Positions 31,695-40,685 of a stretch of DNA of 64,000 bases are shown one piece after another; position 1 is the stretch's first letter, and each line of letters opens with the position of its first letter. The DNA is from an uncultured Pelagibacteraceae bacterium (GTDB lineage Bacteria > Pseudomonadota > Alphaproteobacteria > Pelagibacterales > Pelagibacteraceae): assembly GCA_902614125.1 (NCBI GenBank), contig CACMJW010000002.1:37244-101243 (forward strand), read 5' to 3'. Made by a program: the position numbers and the translations under genes. The notes beneath the pieces were generated by a model. It saw only the letters and a list, made by a program, of their open reading frames with translations. It made no database searches and had not been told where the DNA came from.

Positions 31695-32283
31695 TATTTT
31701 TTGACCAATTTATTGCATCTTCCATTCTATCATCTCCCCAAAAAATTTCGTTACCCACAACAAAAGAAGGACTTCCGAATATTTTATGTGATCTTGCACT
31801 TTCAGTGTTTTCTAAATATTGTTTTTCTATTTCTTGAGAATTTGCAGTATTTAAAATTTTTTCTTTATCTAAACTAAGCGTATTAAATATCTCAGAAATA
31901 TTTGGTTCTGTAGCAGGTTCTTTTCCATCTTGGAACCATCTCTTGTAAGTCAATCTTACATAATCAATTCCCCAGCCTTCCTTTAATCCTAATATTGCAA
32001 GTTTATTTGCTAAATCAAATTCACTTAATGGGTAAGGCACAGGAGTTTGTGCAAAAAAACCATAACCTTTAGCTCTTCTCTCTATATCTCTCCACATATA
32101 GTCAACTTTATTTTGTTTATCTTTTGGAAAAGGTATGTTGTTCATTTCCTTCATTATTGCTCTTACACTGAATGGAACCCAATTAAATTTTACATTAAAT
32201 TTTTTTTCAATATCTAATATTCTAGTAACTGTTAGATAAGTATAAGTACTTCCAATTGAAAAATAAAAATCAACTTTATTCAT
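31687..32283 (-). CDS. 2-hydroxychromene-2-carboxylate isomerase / kappa-class GST (DsbA-like)
   Basis: VDFYFSIGSTYTY; IFGSPSF; FWGDDR. Confidence 0.88.
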   Translation of the reverse strand: MNKVDFYFSIGSTYTYLTVTRILDIEKKFNVKFNWVPFSVRAIMKEMNNIPFPKDKQNKVDYMWRDIERRAKGYGFFAQTPVPYPLSEFDLANKLAILGLKEGWGIDYVRLTYKRWFQDGKEPATEPNISEIFNTLSLDKEKILNTANSQEIEKQYLENTESARSHKIFGSPSFVVGNEIFWGDDRMEDAINWSKNNE

Positions 32284-32299
32284 TAATTATATTAACCTA

Positions 32300-32521
32300 T
32301 TATTTTGTGATTTTATCTACAATTTTTTTAACTATAGGAGCAACAATTGAGGTTGCTATCATTGCAACTGGAAAACTCACAGACCATGCAGTCATAAATC
32401 TGTTAAAATAATCTTTATCAAAGCCAGTGTTAATATAGGTTATTAGGAGAGTCATCATGAAACTCATCCCACATCCCATTAAAACTATAAATAATAGGTT
32501 TGAGTATTTTTTTGAAAACAA
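32300..32521 (-). CDS. DUF2798-like small membrane protein
   Basis: 2 TM; MSFMMT; AWSVSFPVA; TTG start. Confidence 0.78.
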   Translation of the reverse strand: MFSKKYSNLLFIVLMGCGMSFMMTLLITYINTGFDKDYFNRFMTAWSVSFPVAMIATSIVAPIVKKIVDKITK

Positions 32522-32540
32522 AATTTAAAATTTAAATATT

Positions 32541-32861
32541 TTATTTGTTCATCGGGGTTGCACCAGTTTCAAGTGCAAACACTTTGCCATCCTTAAATTT
32601 AAAAACAGCCATTACAGCCTCTTTATTTCCATCATTAAATGTTACAAATGCATGTTCAACACCAATTTCATCATTTTCATAAATAACTCTAACTTTGTCT
32701 CTATTGATATCCCCACTCATTGCCCATTTTACTACATCGTCTTTTTTTAAAACAGTTCCTGATTTATGCATAGTAAATGTATAATCGTCGTGAATTACAT
32801 CTCTTAATGCTGCCTCATCTTTATCGTTCATCGCTTTATTATATTTAGCTAAAATTGACAT
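32541..32861 (-). CDS. NTF2/SnoaL-like fold protein
   Basis: YNKAMN..D..ALRDVIHDDY; C-terminal FKFKDGKV. Confidence 0.7.
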   Translation of the reverse strand: MSILAKYNKAMNDKDEAALRDVIHDDYTFTMHKSGTVLKKDDVVKWAMSGDINRDKVRVIYENDEIGVEHAFVTFNDGNKEAVMAVFKFKDGKVFALETGATPMNK

Positions 32862-32863
32862 TT

Positions 32864-33151
32864 TTATTCTCCTTTTATTATTATTCCATTTGATAATGCG
32901 TTATCTAAACGGATTTTTTTTATTGGTTTATATTCTTCAGATTTATACCACTCCTGAGCTTTCTCATAACTAGGAAACTTTATCACAATAGTTCTTGGGT
33001 GTTCCCAATTACCTTCAACTAATTCGAATTTTCCACCTCTTACAATATATTCTGCTCCAAATTTCTCTGCGACTGGTTTTACTTTTTCAATATATTCTTT
33101 GTAATTTTCTGGGTTTGTAATTTTAATATTAAAAATTACGTAACCAGTCAT
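32864..33151 (-). CDS. DUF1330 domain protein (dimeric alpha+beta barrel)
   Basis: YIVRGG; VIKFPSYEKAQEWYKSEEY. Confidence 0.9.
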   Translation of the reverse strand: MTGYVIFNIKITNPENYKEYIEKVKPVAEKFGAEYIVRGGKFELVEGNWEHPRTIVIKFPSYEKAQEWYKSEEYKPIKKIRLDNALSNGIIIKGE

Positions 33152-33162
33152 TATCTGAAATT

Positions 33163-33549
33163 TTAATATAAAGTTTGAACAACCTTCTCAACACGTTCTT
33201 TACCATTTGGTATGGTTTTTTCTAAAAAAGCATGGCAATCGTCGGTTAATTCTTTGTTGTACTTTGAACCATAATGTTTATCTACAGCTTTGTTAACTCT
33301 TTCATCCCAATCTGCTTCAGTAATTCCAGTTTCCATTGCATATGTTTTCCAAACTTTAGCTGATGAGATTGATTTTTCTTTCATGCTATATTCAAAAGTT
33401 TCTCCCGATGGTAAAAAATAGTTAGCCATATATATTCCAACACAATCTAAGGCTTTCTCAGTATCTTTCTCACTTAAAACTTCAGCATAAGTATTGTTGA
33501 CTACTGTAAAACTAAAAAATATAAAAATATATTTTTTAATTGATTTCAT
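33163..33549 (-). CDS. Hypothetical secreted protein
   Basis: Signal peptide ending TYA; two Cys; predicted helical. Confidence 0.7.
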   Translation of the reverse strand: MKSIKKYIFIFFSFTVVNNTYAEVLSEKDTEKALDCVGIYMANYFLPSGETFEYSMKEKSISSAKVWKTYAMETGITEADWDERVNKAVDKHYGSKYNKELTDDCHAFLEKTIPNGKERVEKVVQTLY

Positions 33550-33557
33550 AATTACAC

Positions 33558-33848
33558 TTAAAGATTTACTTTAGATAACTCATATAACTGAGCATTCTCT
33601 ACACATTCTGCATATATAGCTTTCGCTGTAGGATTTTTTCCAGTTACAAAATCTTTCATTCCATCTTCATTATGAACAGAAACTTTAAATAGCATTCCAC
33701 TTTTATCTGGTATCATAGCTCCAACAGTTTTTTCTGGATAGGCAACACTTTTTCTAACACCCATACCTTCATCAGATTGCATCCATCCCATGAAAGTTTC
33801 TAATTTACCTTCTTTAATTTTTAAATGTACTAACATTTCTTTTTCCAT
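33558..33848 (-). CDS. Hypothetical protein, possible dimeric alpha+beta barrel (ABM-like)
   Basis: VHLKIKEGKLETF N-terminus; AAGGGG RBS. Confidence 0.65.
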   Translation of the reverse strand: MEKEMLVHLKIKEGKLETFMGWMQSDEGMGVRKSVAYPEKTVGAMIPDKSGMLFKVSVHNEDGMKDFVTGKNPTAKAIYAECVENAQLYELSKVNL

Positions 33849-33870
33849 TTTTTCCCCTTTGTTAAAATTT

Positions 33871-34254
33871 CTATTTTTTCATTGCATTAAACATTGAAAG
33901 CGTATCATCAAACGTCATCATAGTTAGCATTTTTCCATTTTCACCAATTTCAAAATAATGACCAAACATTGTATCCATGCCATCTGCGGTTGCCTTAGCT
34001 CTAACAAATACTTTGTTCCCTTCACCTATCATATCAATAGGAGTTAGATGAAAATTAGACCACAGTGCTGGTATTTTACCCATTGCAGCCATCATCGCTT
34101 GAGGTCCTTTGTGAACTCCTGATAAAGGGTGTACACCTTCTTTTCCTGGAAATGTCCAAGTTGTGTTTTCATCAACCATTTCCTTAAAAAAAGTTTCCAT
34201 GTCACCTTTATTAAAAAGATCATAACCCATTTTTGTTCTTTCTTTTGCGTCCAT
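33871..34254 (-). CDS. NTF2/SnoaL (ketosteroid-isomerase-like) protein
   Basis: YDLFNKGD; WTFPG..HPLSGVHKG; IGEGNKV; C-terminal DT. Confidence 0.8.
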   Translation of the reverse strand: MDAKERTKMGYDLFNKGDMETFFKEMVDENTTWTFPGKEGVHPLSGVHKGPQAMMAAMGKIPALWSNFHLTPIDMIGEGNKVFVRAKATADGMDTMFGHYFEIGENGKMLTMMTFDDTLSMFNAMKK

Positions 34255-34283
34255 TTTATTATCCTTTCATTATTAATTAAAAA

Positions 34284-34760
34284 TTAAAAAGTATATTCAC
34301 CACTCATCTGATTCATTGAGTGAGCCATTCCAGCTTTGCCTTTAAGATTTTGTCTACTTGAAAATCCAGTACCTGAAATGTTTTCATATTTTCCAGTTCC
34401 ACCAATAATAACGAAGTCTCCAGAACCACCAACTCCTCCAGTTCCTTTACCTTTATAATTTATGAATACTTTTTCCCCATCACTCAGATAAAATGTGCAC
34501 ATTCCAGTTTCATCATCAAACTTACCTGCAGTCAAAGTAAGTCCTCCAATGCAATGCATAGTAGATTTATTAAATATACTTCCATCTTCTTTGTCAGAAA
34601 GTCCAGCGTTACCGTCATATGTTATACTCATATTGCCATTACCTGCATCCATAACATTTACTTCCCATGAACCCATACCGCTTGCATTAAACTTTCCCGT
34701 CTCAGCTAACAAGTTAGAGGCAAATAGTGTAAAAAAAGTTAATATTATTATTTTTTTCAT
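34284..34760 (-). CDS. Secreted beta-barrel protein, allene-oxide-cyclase/dirigent-like motif
   Basis: Signal peptide from MKKII (start re-called at 34760, GGAG RBS); IIGGTGKYENISGTG; Cys pair. Confidence 0.65.
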   Translation of the reverse strand: MKKIIILTFFTLFASNLLAETGKFNASGMGSWEVNVMDAGNGNMSITYDGNAGLSDKEDGSIFNKSTMHCIGGLTLTAGKFDDETGMCTFYLSDGEKVFINYKGKGTGGVGGSGDFVIIGGTGKYENISGTGFSSRQNLKGKAGMAHSMNQMSGEYTF

Positions 34761-34770
34761 GGTTATCTCC

Positions 34771-35055
34771 TTACATTTTTGCAAAATCCATTGTTTGTGA
34801 ACATTCTTCAGAGACTGTGTCAAAAAAATTATTCATATCTCCAAGTTGATCAATAATAGCTTGTGGACTTTCAGCTTGCCACTTGCAAAATACCTTCATC
34901 GAGTCGCCTGCACCCATCATTGTCATATGACATACAGCCTTTGCTCCAGTTACTCCTTTTTTTAATTCCTCAGGGGATGTTGAACTTACAACTTCATGAA
35001 ATTTTTTTTTCATCTCCTCAGACTTAAATATATGTGTTGCTAAATAATCTTTCAT
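34771..35055 (-). CDS. Hypothetical protein, DUF4242-like barrel
   Basis: YLATH; KVFCKWQAESPQAI; AGGAG RBS. Confidence 0.65.
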   Translation of the reverse strand: MKDYLATHIFKSEEMKKKFHEVVSSTSPEELKKGVTGAKAVCHMTMMGAGDSMKVFCKWQAESPQAIIDQLGDMNNFFDTVSEECSQTMDFAKM

Positions 35056-35131
35056 TATAATACTCCTGTTAAACTTAGTTAATTATATGGAAAAATTGTA
35101 AACTTTTTATGACAATACTGGTATGTGATTT

Positions 35132-36133
35132 TTAGATCCAACTAGGAGTAGGTAAGCCTTTTTCCTGTAAAAATTTTTTATTAAACATCTTTGAGTTGTA
35201 TTTATCTGATTTGTCGCAGAGAATTGTTACTATAGTTTTCCCTGGACCAATTAATTTCCCAAGTCTAATTGCTCCAGCAATATTAACACCACAGCTAGTG
35301 CCTAAACTTAATCCTTCTTCTTTAATTAAGTTATAAAGTAAAGGTAAAGACTCGTGATCGTCAATTGAAAATGCTCCATCTATTTTTGCTTCAGCAAAAT
35401 TTGCTGTCACTCTACTAGAGCCAATACCTTCAGTTATTGAACCGCCTTCAGATTTTAATTCACCATTTTCAATATAATTAAAAAGAGCGGAACCTGCTGG
35501 ATCAGACAAATAAATTTTTATATCTTTGTTTTTTTCTTTCAAATAACAACTTATTCCACTAATTGTTCCACCTGTACCTGATGCACATACAAAGCCGTCG
35601 ACTTTACCCTCTGTTTGATCCCATATTTCAGGACCAGTCGTTTCATAGTGACCCTTAGCATTTGCAGTGTTGTCGAATTGGTTTGCCCAGACAACTCCAT
35701 AATTATTTGAATTTTTTAATTCCTCAGCAAGTCTACTAGCAAATTTTACATAATTGCCATCATCACTGTAAGGTTTTGGTGGTACTAACCTTAAATCTGC
35801 ACCGATGTTTATTAAAGTATCTTTTTTTTCTTGTGTTTGATTATCGTTCATTACAATTGTTGTTTTATAACCTAAAGAATTTCCTAGAAGACATAAACCT
35901 ATGCCAGTATTACCTGCTGTTCCTTCAACAATCATTCCACCTTTTGAAATTAACTTTTTTTCTTCAGCATCTTTTATAAGTGCCAAAGCCGCTCTGTCTT
36001 TTACAGATCCTCCTGGGTTTAAATATTCTGCTTTTCCATAAATATTACATCCAGTTATCTCTGAGGCTGCTTTTAATTTTATTAAGGGGGTATTACCAAT
36101 TGACTGTAAAAAATTATCTTTGATATTAACCAT
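35132..36133 (-). CDS. cysK: Cysteine synthase (O-acetylserine sulfhydrylase)
   Basis: IGNTPL; [14 protein letters not shown]; GTAGNTG; GTGGT; start re-called at MVNIK. Confidence 0.93.
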   Translation of the reverse strand: MVNIKDNFLQSIGNTPLIKLKAASEITGCNIYGKAEYLNPGGSVKDRAALALIKDAEEKKLISKGGMIVEGTAGNTGIGLCLLGNSLGYKTTIVMNDNQTQEKKDTLINIGADLRLVPPKPYSDDGNYVKFASRLAEELKNSNNYGVVWANQFDNTANAKGHYETTGPEIWDQTEGKVDGFVCASGTGGTISGISCYLKEKNKDIKIYLSDPAGSALFNYIENGELKSEGGSITEGIGSSRVTANFAEAKIDGAFSIDDHESLPLLYNLIKEEGLSLGTSCGVNIAGAIRLGKLIGPGKTIVTILCDKSDKYNSKMFNKKFLQEKGLPTPSWI

Positions 36134-36707
36134 TGTTTTTTTCTGAATTATCATTTTCTACTGCATAAGGTTTAAATTCTTCTGTAGCAGTTCCAACATT
36201 CTTTGCTGGTATTCCTATCATCACAGCATTCTCCTCAACATTTTTAGTAACAACAGCATTTGCTCCAATTTTTGAATTTTTTCCAACTACTACAGGACCT
36301 AATATTTGTGCGCCAGATCCAACGACTACATTATCCATCAAGGTAGGATGCCTTTTTATATTTCTTTGATTATTAGAATTAATACTTGGAGATATACCTC
36401 CTAAAGTTACCATATGATATATTGTGACATTATCACCAATTTCAGATGTTTCACCTATTACAACTCCCATCCCATGATCTATAAATAAATTTTTACCAAT
36501 CTTTGCGCCAGGATGAATTTCAATACCGGTTAGGAATCTTGAAAACTGGGAAATAATTCTCGCAATTAAATCAAATTTAGCTACCGAAAAAAAATGAGCC
36601 AATCTATGAAAAAATACTGCTTTAACACCTGGATAAGTCAATATTAAACTTAATTTGGATTTCGCTGCTGGATCTCGATCAATAATTGATTGTAAAAACT
36701 CACTCAT
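36126..36707 (-). CDS. cysE: Serine O-acetyltransferase
   Basis: RDPAA; EIHPGAKIG; FIDHG; VTLGG; RHP. Confidence 0.96.
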   Translation of the reverse strand: MSEFLQSIIDRDPAAKSKLSLILTYPGVKAVFFHRLAHFFSVAKFDLIARIISQFSRFLTGIEIHPGAKIGKNLFIDHGMGVVIGETSEIGDNVTIYHMVTLGGISPSINSNNQRNIKRHPTLMDNVVVGSGAQILGPVVVGKNSKIGANAVVTKNVEENAVMIGIPAKNVGTATEEFKPYAVENDNSEKNNG

Positions 36708-36818
36708 AAGTATTTCTATATAGTTATTAAAAATTGAATTTAAAGTTGATCAATCTCTTAAAAGTTTGCTTCATAAAACAATTTTACATATAATAATTTT
36801 ATAATAAGGAGAGAAACA

Positions 36819-37478
36819 ATGTTAAAAATAAACAGTATGTGTCCTGATTTTCAGGCTAAAACTACAGAGGGAGACATCTCTTTTCACGAATGGTTAGGTG
36901 ACAGCTGGGGTGTATTATTTTCACATCCAAAAGATTTTACGCCAGTATGTACTACAGAACTTGGAGCTTTAGGTTTAATGAAAGATGAGTTCGACAAAAG
37001 AAACGTGAAAGTGATAGGTCTTAGTGTAGACGGAGTTGATGACCACAACAAATGGTTAGAAGACATAAAAGACGTGTCAGGTTCAAAACCAAATTATCCA
37101 ATAATTGCAGACGAAGATCTTAAAGTTGCTAAATTATTTAATATGTTGGAAGGTGATGCAGGAACAACATCAATGGGTAGAACTGCTGTTGATAATGAGA
37201 CAGTTAGAACTATTTTTGTAATAAGACCTGATAAAAGAATTGGTTTATATCTTACTTACCCAATGGCAACAGGAAGAAACTTTTTGGAAATATTGAGAGC
37301 AATAGATTCAATGCAATTAACAGCAAAACATAAAGTAGCTACTCCTGCTAATTGGAAAAAAGGTGAAGATGTAGTTATTTTACCAGCTGTCAAAGATGAG
37401 GAAGCAAAAAAAATATATCCAGATGGATGGGAGACGGTAAAACCTTATTTAAGAAAGGTTCCAGATCCTTCTAAATAA
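36819..37478 (+). CDS. 1-Cys peroxiredoxin (Prx6)
   Basis: FSHPKDFTPVCTTE; GRNF; TPANW. Confidence 0.95.
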   Translation: MLKINSMCPDFQAKTTEGDISFHEWLGDSWGVLFSHPKDFTPVCTTELGALGLMKDEFDKRNVKVIGLSVDGVDDHNKWLEDIKDVSGSKPNYPIIADEDLKVAKLFNMLEGDAGTTSMGRTAVDNETVRTIFVIRPDKRIGLYLTYPMATGRNFLEILRAIDSMQLTAKHKVATPANWKKGEDVVILPAVKDEEAKKIYPDGWETVKPYLRKVPDPSK

Positions 37479-37479
37479 T

Positions 37480-38133
37480 TTGAATAAGAATATATTAAAC
37501 CAACAATCTCAGCATTGGGAGACTAATTTCTCAATTAAGCCTGAGATGTTTGGTTTAGATCACAGTTACTCAGCAGAAAAAACTCTTACCATTTTAAATA
37601 AAAACAATTTATCTAATATTGTTGAACTAGGAGCAGGATTAGGAAGAGACACAATATTTTTTGGTAAAAATTCAATTAATGTTACTGCACTTGATTATAG
37701 TAAAAAAGGCATATCAATTATTGATAAAAAAATAAACGATCAAAATTTGAATTCTTCAATTCGTACATTGAAGTTCGATGTGAGAAAAAAATTACCATTT
37801 AAAGACAATTCAATAGAAGCTTGTTATTCCCACATGCTGTATTGCATGGCATTAACAAATTTAGAGCTAACAAGTTTAAACAGTGAAGTAAAAAGAATAC
37901 TTAAACCTGGAGGTTTAAATATTTATACAGTTAGAAACACTGAAGATGGAGATTTCAAAAAAGGCTTTCATAGAGGAGAAGATTTATACGAAATAGATGG
38001 ATTTATTATTCATTTTTTTTCTAAGGATAAAATAGAAAGTCTTTTAGATGGCTTTAAAAATTTATTTATTGAAAAATTTGATGAGGGTAAATTTCCAAGA
38101 AAACTTTACTTAGTTTGTAACAAAAAAATTTAA
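37480..38133 (+). CDS. Class I SAM-dependent methyltransferase
   Basis: ELGAGLGRD; LKPGG; TTG start. Confidence 0.88.
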   Translation: MNKNILNQQSQHWETNFSIKPEMFGLDHSYSAEKTLTILNKNNLSNIVELGAGLGRDTIFFGKNSINVTALDYSKKGISIIDKKINDQNLNSSIRTLKFDVRKKLPFKDNSIEACYSHMLYCMALTNLELTSLNSEVKRILKPGGLNIYTVRNTEDGDFKKGFHRGEDLYEIDGFIIHFFSKDKIESLLDGFKNLFIEKFDEGKFPRKLYLVCNKKI

Positions 38134-38828
38134 CTATTTTTATATTTCTTCATACATATTTGAGCTAATAGAAGGTTTGGATCAATAAATAATTTAGACT
38201 CTTTAGCTTTTTTAAAAGATTTATATGCAAATAATGCTATGGGAAGCTCCGTGCAACCCAAAATAATTTTTTTACATTTTTTTTTAATTAATTGATTAAC
38301 GGCTGGTCTTAAAACTTTCTCTGCCTCTTTTACTTTACCCATTTTTACGTATTTAATTGATTTGTTTACAGAACTCTTTTGTAAATTTTTTGTAGGACTT
38401 ATAAATTCATATTTTTTATCAAAATATTGATGATAAACTTTTGTTTTCAATGTTGCTTCAGTACAAAGAATTCCAATCTTCGTATTTTTTTTACAATTTT
38501 GTTTTGTATACTTAAATACTTCCTTTGGCATACTTAATAAGGGTATCTTGATTTTTTTTTGAATATCATGATGCCAATAATGAGCAGTATTGCATGGCAT
38601 AACAATAAATTTACATTTATTTTTGGATAACATTTTACAACCTTTGACTAACTCATCGAGAACATTGTAATATTTTTTTAAGTTCTCAGGTCTTTTTGGC
38701 GTATTGGACTTATTATAGAGTATAAACATAGGGTACTGTTGATCCAGTTTTCCTCTATATAGTTTTGCAAGCTTGCTACAAAAATCTAAACCTGCTTGAG
38801 TTCCCATCCCTCCAAGTATTCCGATCAT
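38130..38828 (-). CDS. Aspartate/glutamate racemase family protein
   Basis: IGILGGMG; PCNTAH; LGCTELP (two catalytic Cys). Confidence 0.92.
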   Translation of the reverse strand: MIGILGGMGTQAGLDFCSKLAKLYRGKLDQQYPMFILYNKSNTPKRPENLKKYYNVLDELVKGCKMLSKNKCKFIVMPCNTAHYWHHDIQKKIKIPLLSMPKEVFKYTKQNCKKNTKIGILCTEATLKTKVYHQYFDKKYEFISPTKNLQKSSVNKSIKYVKMGKVKEAEKVLRPAVNQLIKKKCKKIILGCTELPIALFAYKSFKKAKESKLFIDPNLLLAQICMKKYKNS

Positions 38829-38907
38829 AAATGATAATTTCCCTATTTGTATATTAATAAGTAGAACTATATTTTAATTTAATTTATGCAAGAAATATAC
38901 ATTAGAA

Positions 38908-40071
38908 ATGAATAGAAACCTTTTCATACTTATTTTAAGCCAAGTATTTGGTTTTACAGCCGCTACAGTTACAGTTTTTATAAGTGGTATTATTGGATCA
39001 GACTTAAGTTCTATAAAAACACTTTCTACACTTCCTCCATCAATTTATGTTGTTGGAACAGCAGCAGCTACAATCTTTGCCGCTAAGATAATGAGCATTA
39101 TTGGACGAAGGCTTGGATTTATTTTTGCTTCTGTAGCTGGTTCAATTTCTTGTTTGATAGGCGCTTATGCAATAATTATAGAAAGTTTTTTTATTTTTTG
39201 TTTTGCTAAATTTATTTTAGGGGCCACAATGGCATTTACTCATCAATACCGTTTTGCTGCAGCAGAAAGTGTAGAAAAGGAAAAAGCGCCTAAAGCTATT
39301 TCATCATTATTGTTAGCTGGAATAGTTGCTGCTTTTCTTGGAATTGGTTTGGCAAATTATACTAAAAATTTTGTAAGTGATTATTTATATGTAGGTTCAT
39401 ATTTAACTTTAGCAGTTTTAACATTAATACCTTCATTTTTATTATTCTTTTTTAAGGATATTAGAGAAATTTCTTTTGTTTCAAATAAGGAAAATAACTC
39501 AAGAAATTATTCAGAATTTTTTTCAGATCCAAAATTTTTACAAGCAATTACCTCTGCTGCATTTGCATATGCAGTAATGTCTTTTTTAATGACAGCAACT
39601 CCAATAAGTATGCATATTGAGCATCAGTTAAGTTTAGAAAAAACAGGAATAGTTCTTCAATTTCATGTTTTGGCAATGTTTTTACCTTCGCTAGTTACTG
39701 GAAATTTAATCAAAAAGTTTGGTTATAGTAATATGATGTATTTAGGTGTCTTATTCTATTTTTTCACAATTTTATTATCTTTTTTTCAACCATCTTTTTT
39801 AAACTATTTTATAAGTCTAATTTTTTTAGGTATAGGATGGAACTTTTTATTTATATCTGGCACAAGCTTATTAGTCACAACTTATAAACCTGAAGAAAAA
39901 TTTAAAGCTCAAGGATTTAATGATTTATTAGTTTTCACTTCCATGGCTTTAGCAAGTTTATTGGCAGGTATACTAATTTCTATTGCAAGCTGGAAAACAG
40001 TTAACTTATTTTGTATTCCTTTTTTAATTCTCATTATTTTATCGATAGTAAATGCAGATAAAAAAAGATGA
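38908..40071 (+). CDS. MFS transporter
   Basis: 12 TM; IGRRLGF; YRFAAAE; GWNF. Confidence 0.9.
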   Translation: MNRNLFILILSQVFGFTAATVTVFISGIIGSDLSSIKTLSTLPPSIYVVGTAAATIFAAKIMSIIGRRLGFIFASVAGSISCLIGAYAIIIESFFIFCFAKFILGATMAFTHQYRFAAAESVEKEKAPKAISSLLLAGIVAAFLGIGLANYTKNFVSDYLYVGSYLTLAVLTLIPSFLLFFFKDIREISFVSNKENNSRNYSEFFSDPKFLQAITSAAFAYAVMSFLMTATPISMHIEHQLSLEKTGIVLQFHVLAMFLPSLVTGNLIKKFGYSNMMYLGVLFYFFTILLSFFQPSFLNYFISLIFLGIGWNFLFISGTSLLVTTYKPEEKFKAQGFNDLLVFTSMALASLLAGILISIASWKTVNLFCIPFLILIILSIVNADKKR

Positions 40072-40685
40072 GTTTTTTAATTTTAGGTTTTATAACCAGT
40101 TTAAGTTTAATATTAGCAATAGGACCACAAAATATCTTTGTAATAGAGCAGGGCATTAAGAAACAACATATTTTTTTAATATGTTTTATTTGTTCAGTAT
40201 CAGATACAATTTTGATTTTTTTAGGAATTTTTCTTTTTCAGTATCTTGGAACATATTTTAATGAAATAACTGAACTAATCTTCAATATTTTATTATTAAT
40301 TTTTTTAATTTATTTCATTTACACAAAAATTTCTGAAAAATTTAAAAACATAGAAATAGATAAAGATGAGAAACATGATGAGAGAAAAAAAATTATATTT
40401 AAAACACTCGCTTTTACTTATTTAAATCCGCATGTTTATTCTGATACAGTTTTTTTTCTTGGTAATTTTTCAAAAAATTTCCCAATTAATTATAAAATTT
40501 ATTTTGGTATTGGAGGTTCTATTGCTTCTTTTTTATTTTTCTACTTATTGGGATATTTAGCAAATTATTTTTCAAAATATCTTAATAATGTAAGGGCTTG
40601 GGTTGTAATAAAATGGATTATTTCTTTAATAATGAGCTTAATTTCAATTTATGTGATTTTTGAAATTTTAAAATTTTTTAATTAG
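40068..40685 (+). CDS. LysE/ArgO-family amino acid exporter
   Basis: LAIGPQN; TYLNPHVYSDT. Confidence 0.9.
   Translation: MSFLILGFITSLSLILAIGPQNIFVIEQGIKKQHIFLICFICSVSDTILIFLGIFLFQYLGTYFNEITELIFNILLLIFLIYFIYTKISEKFKNIEIDKDEKHDERKKIIFKTLAFTYLNPHVYSDTVFFLGNFSKNFPINYKIYFGIGGSIASFLFFYLLGYLANYFSKYLNNVRAWVVIKWIISLIMSLISIYVIFEILKFFN

Noticed and set aside
31359-35131. Integron cassette array or prophage remnant
   Set aside because: Gaps between the ORFs are under 30 nt with no attC-like repeats, and there is no integrase or phage gene.
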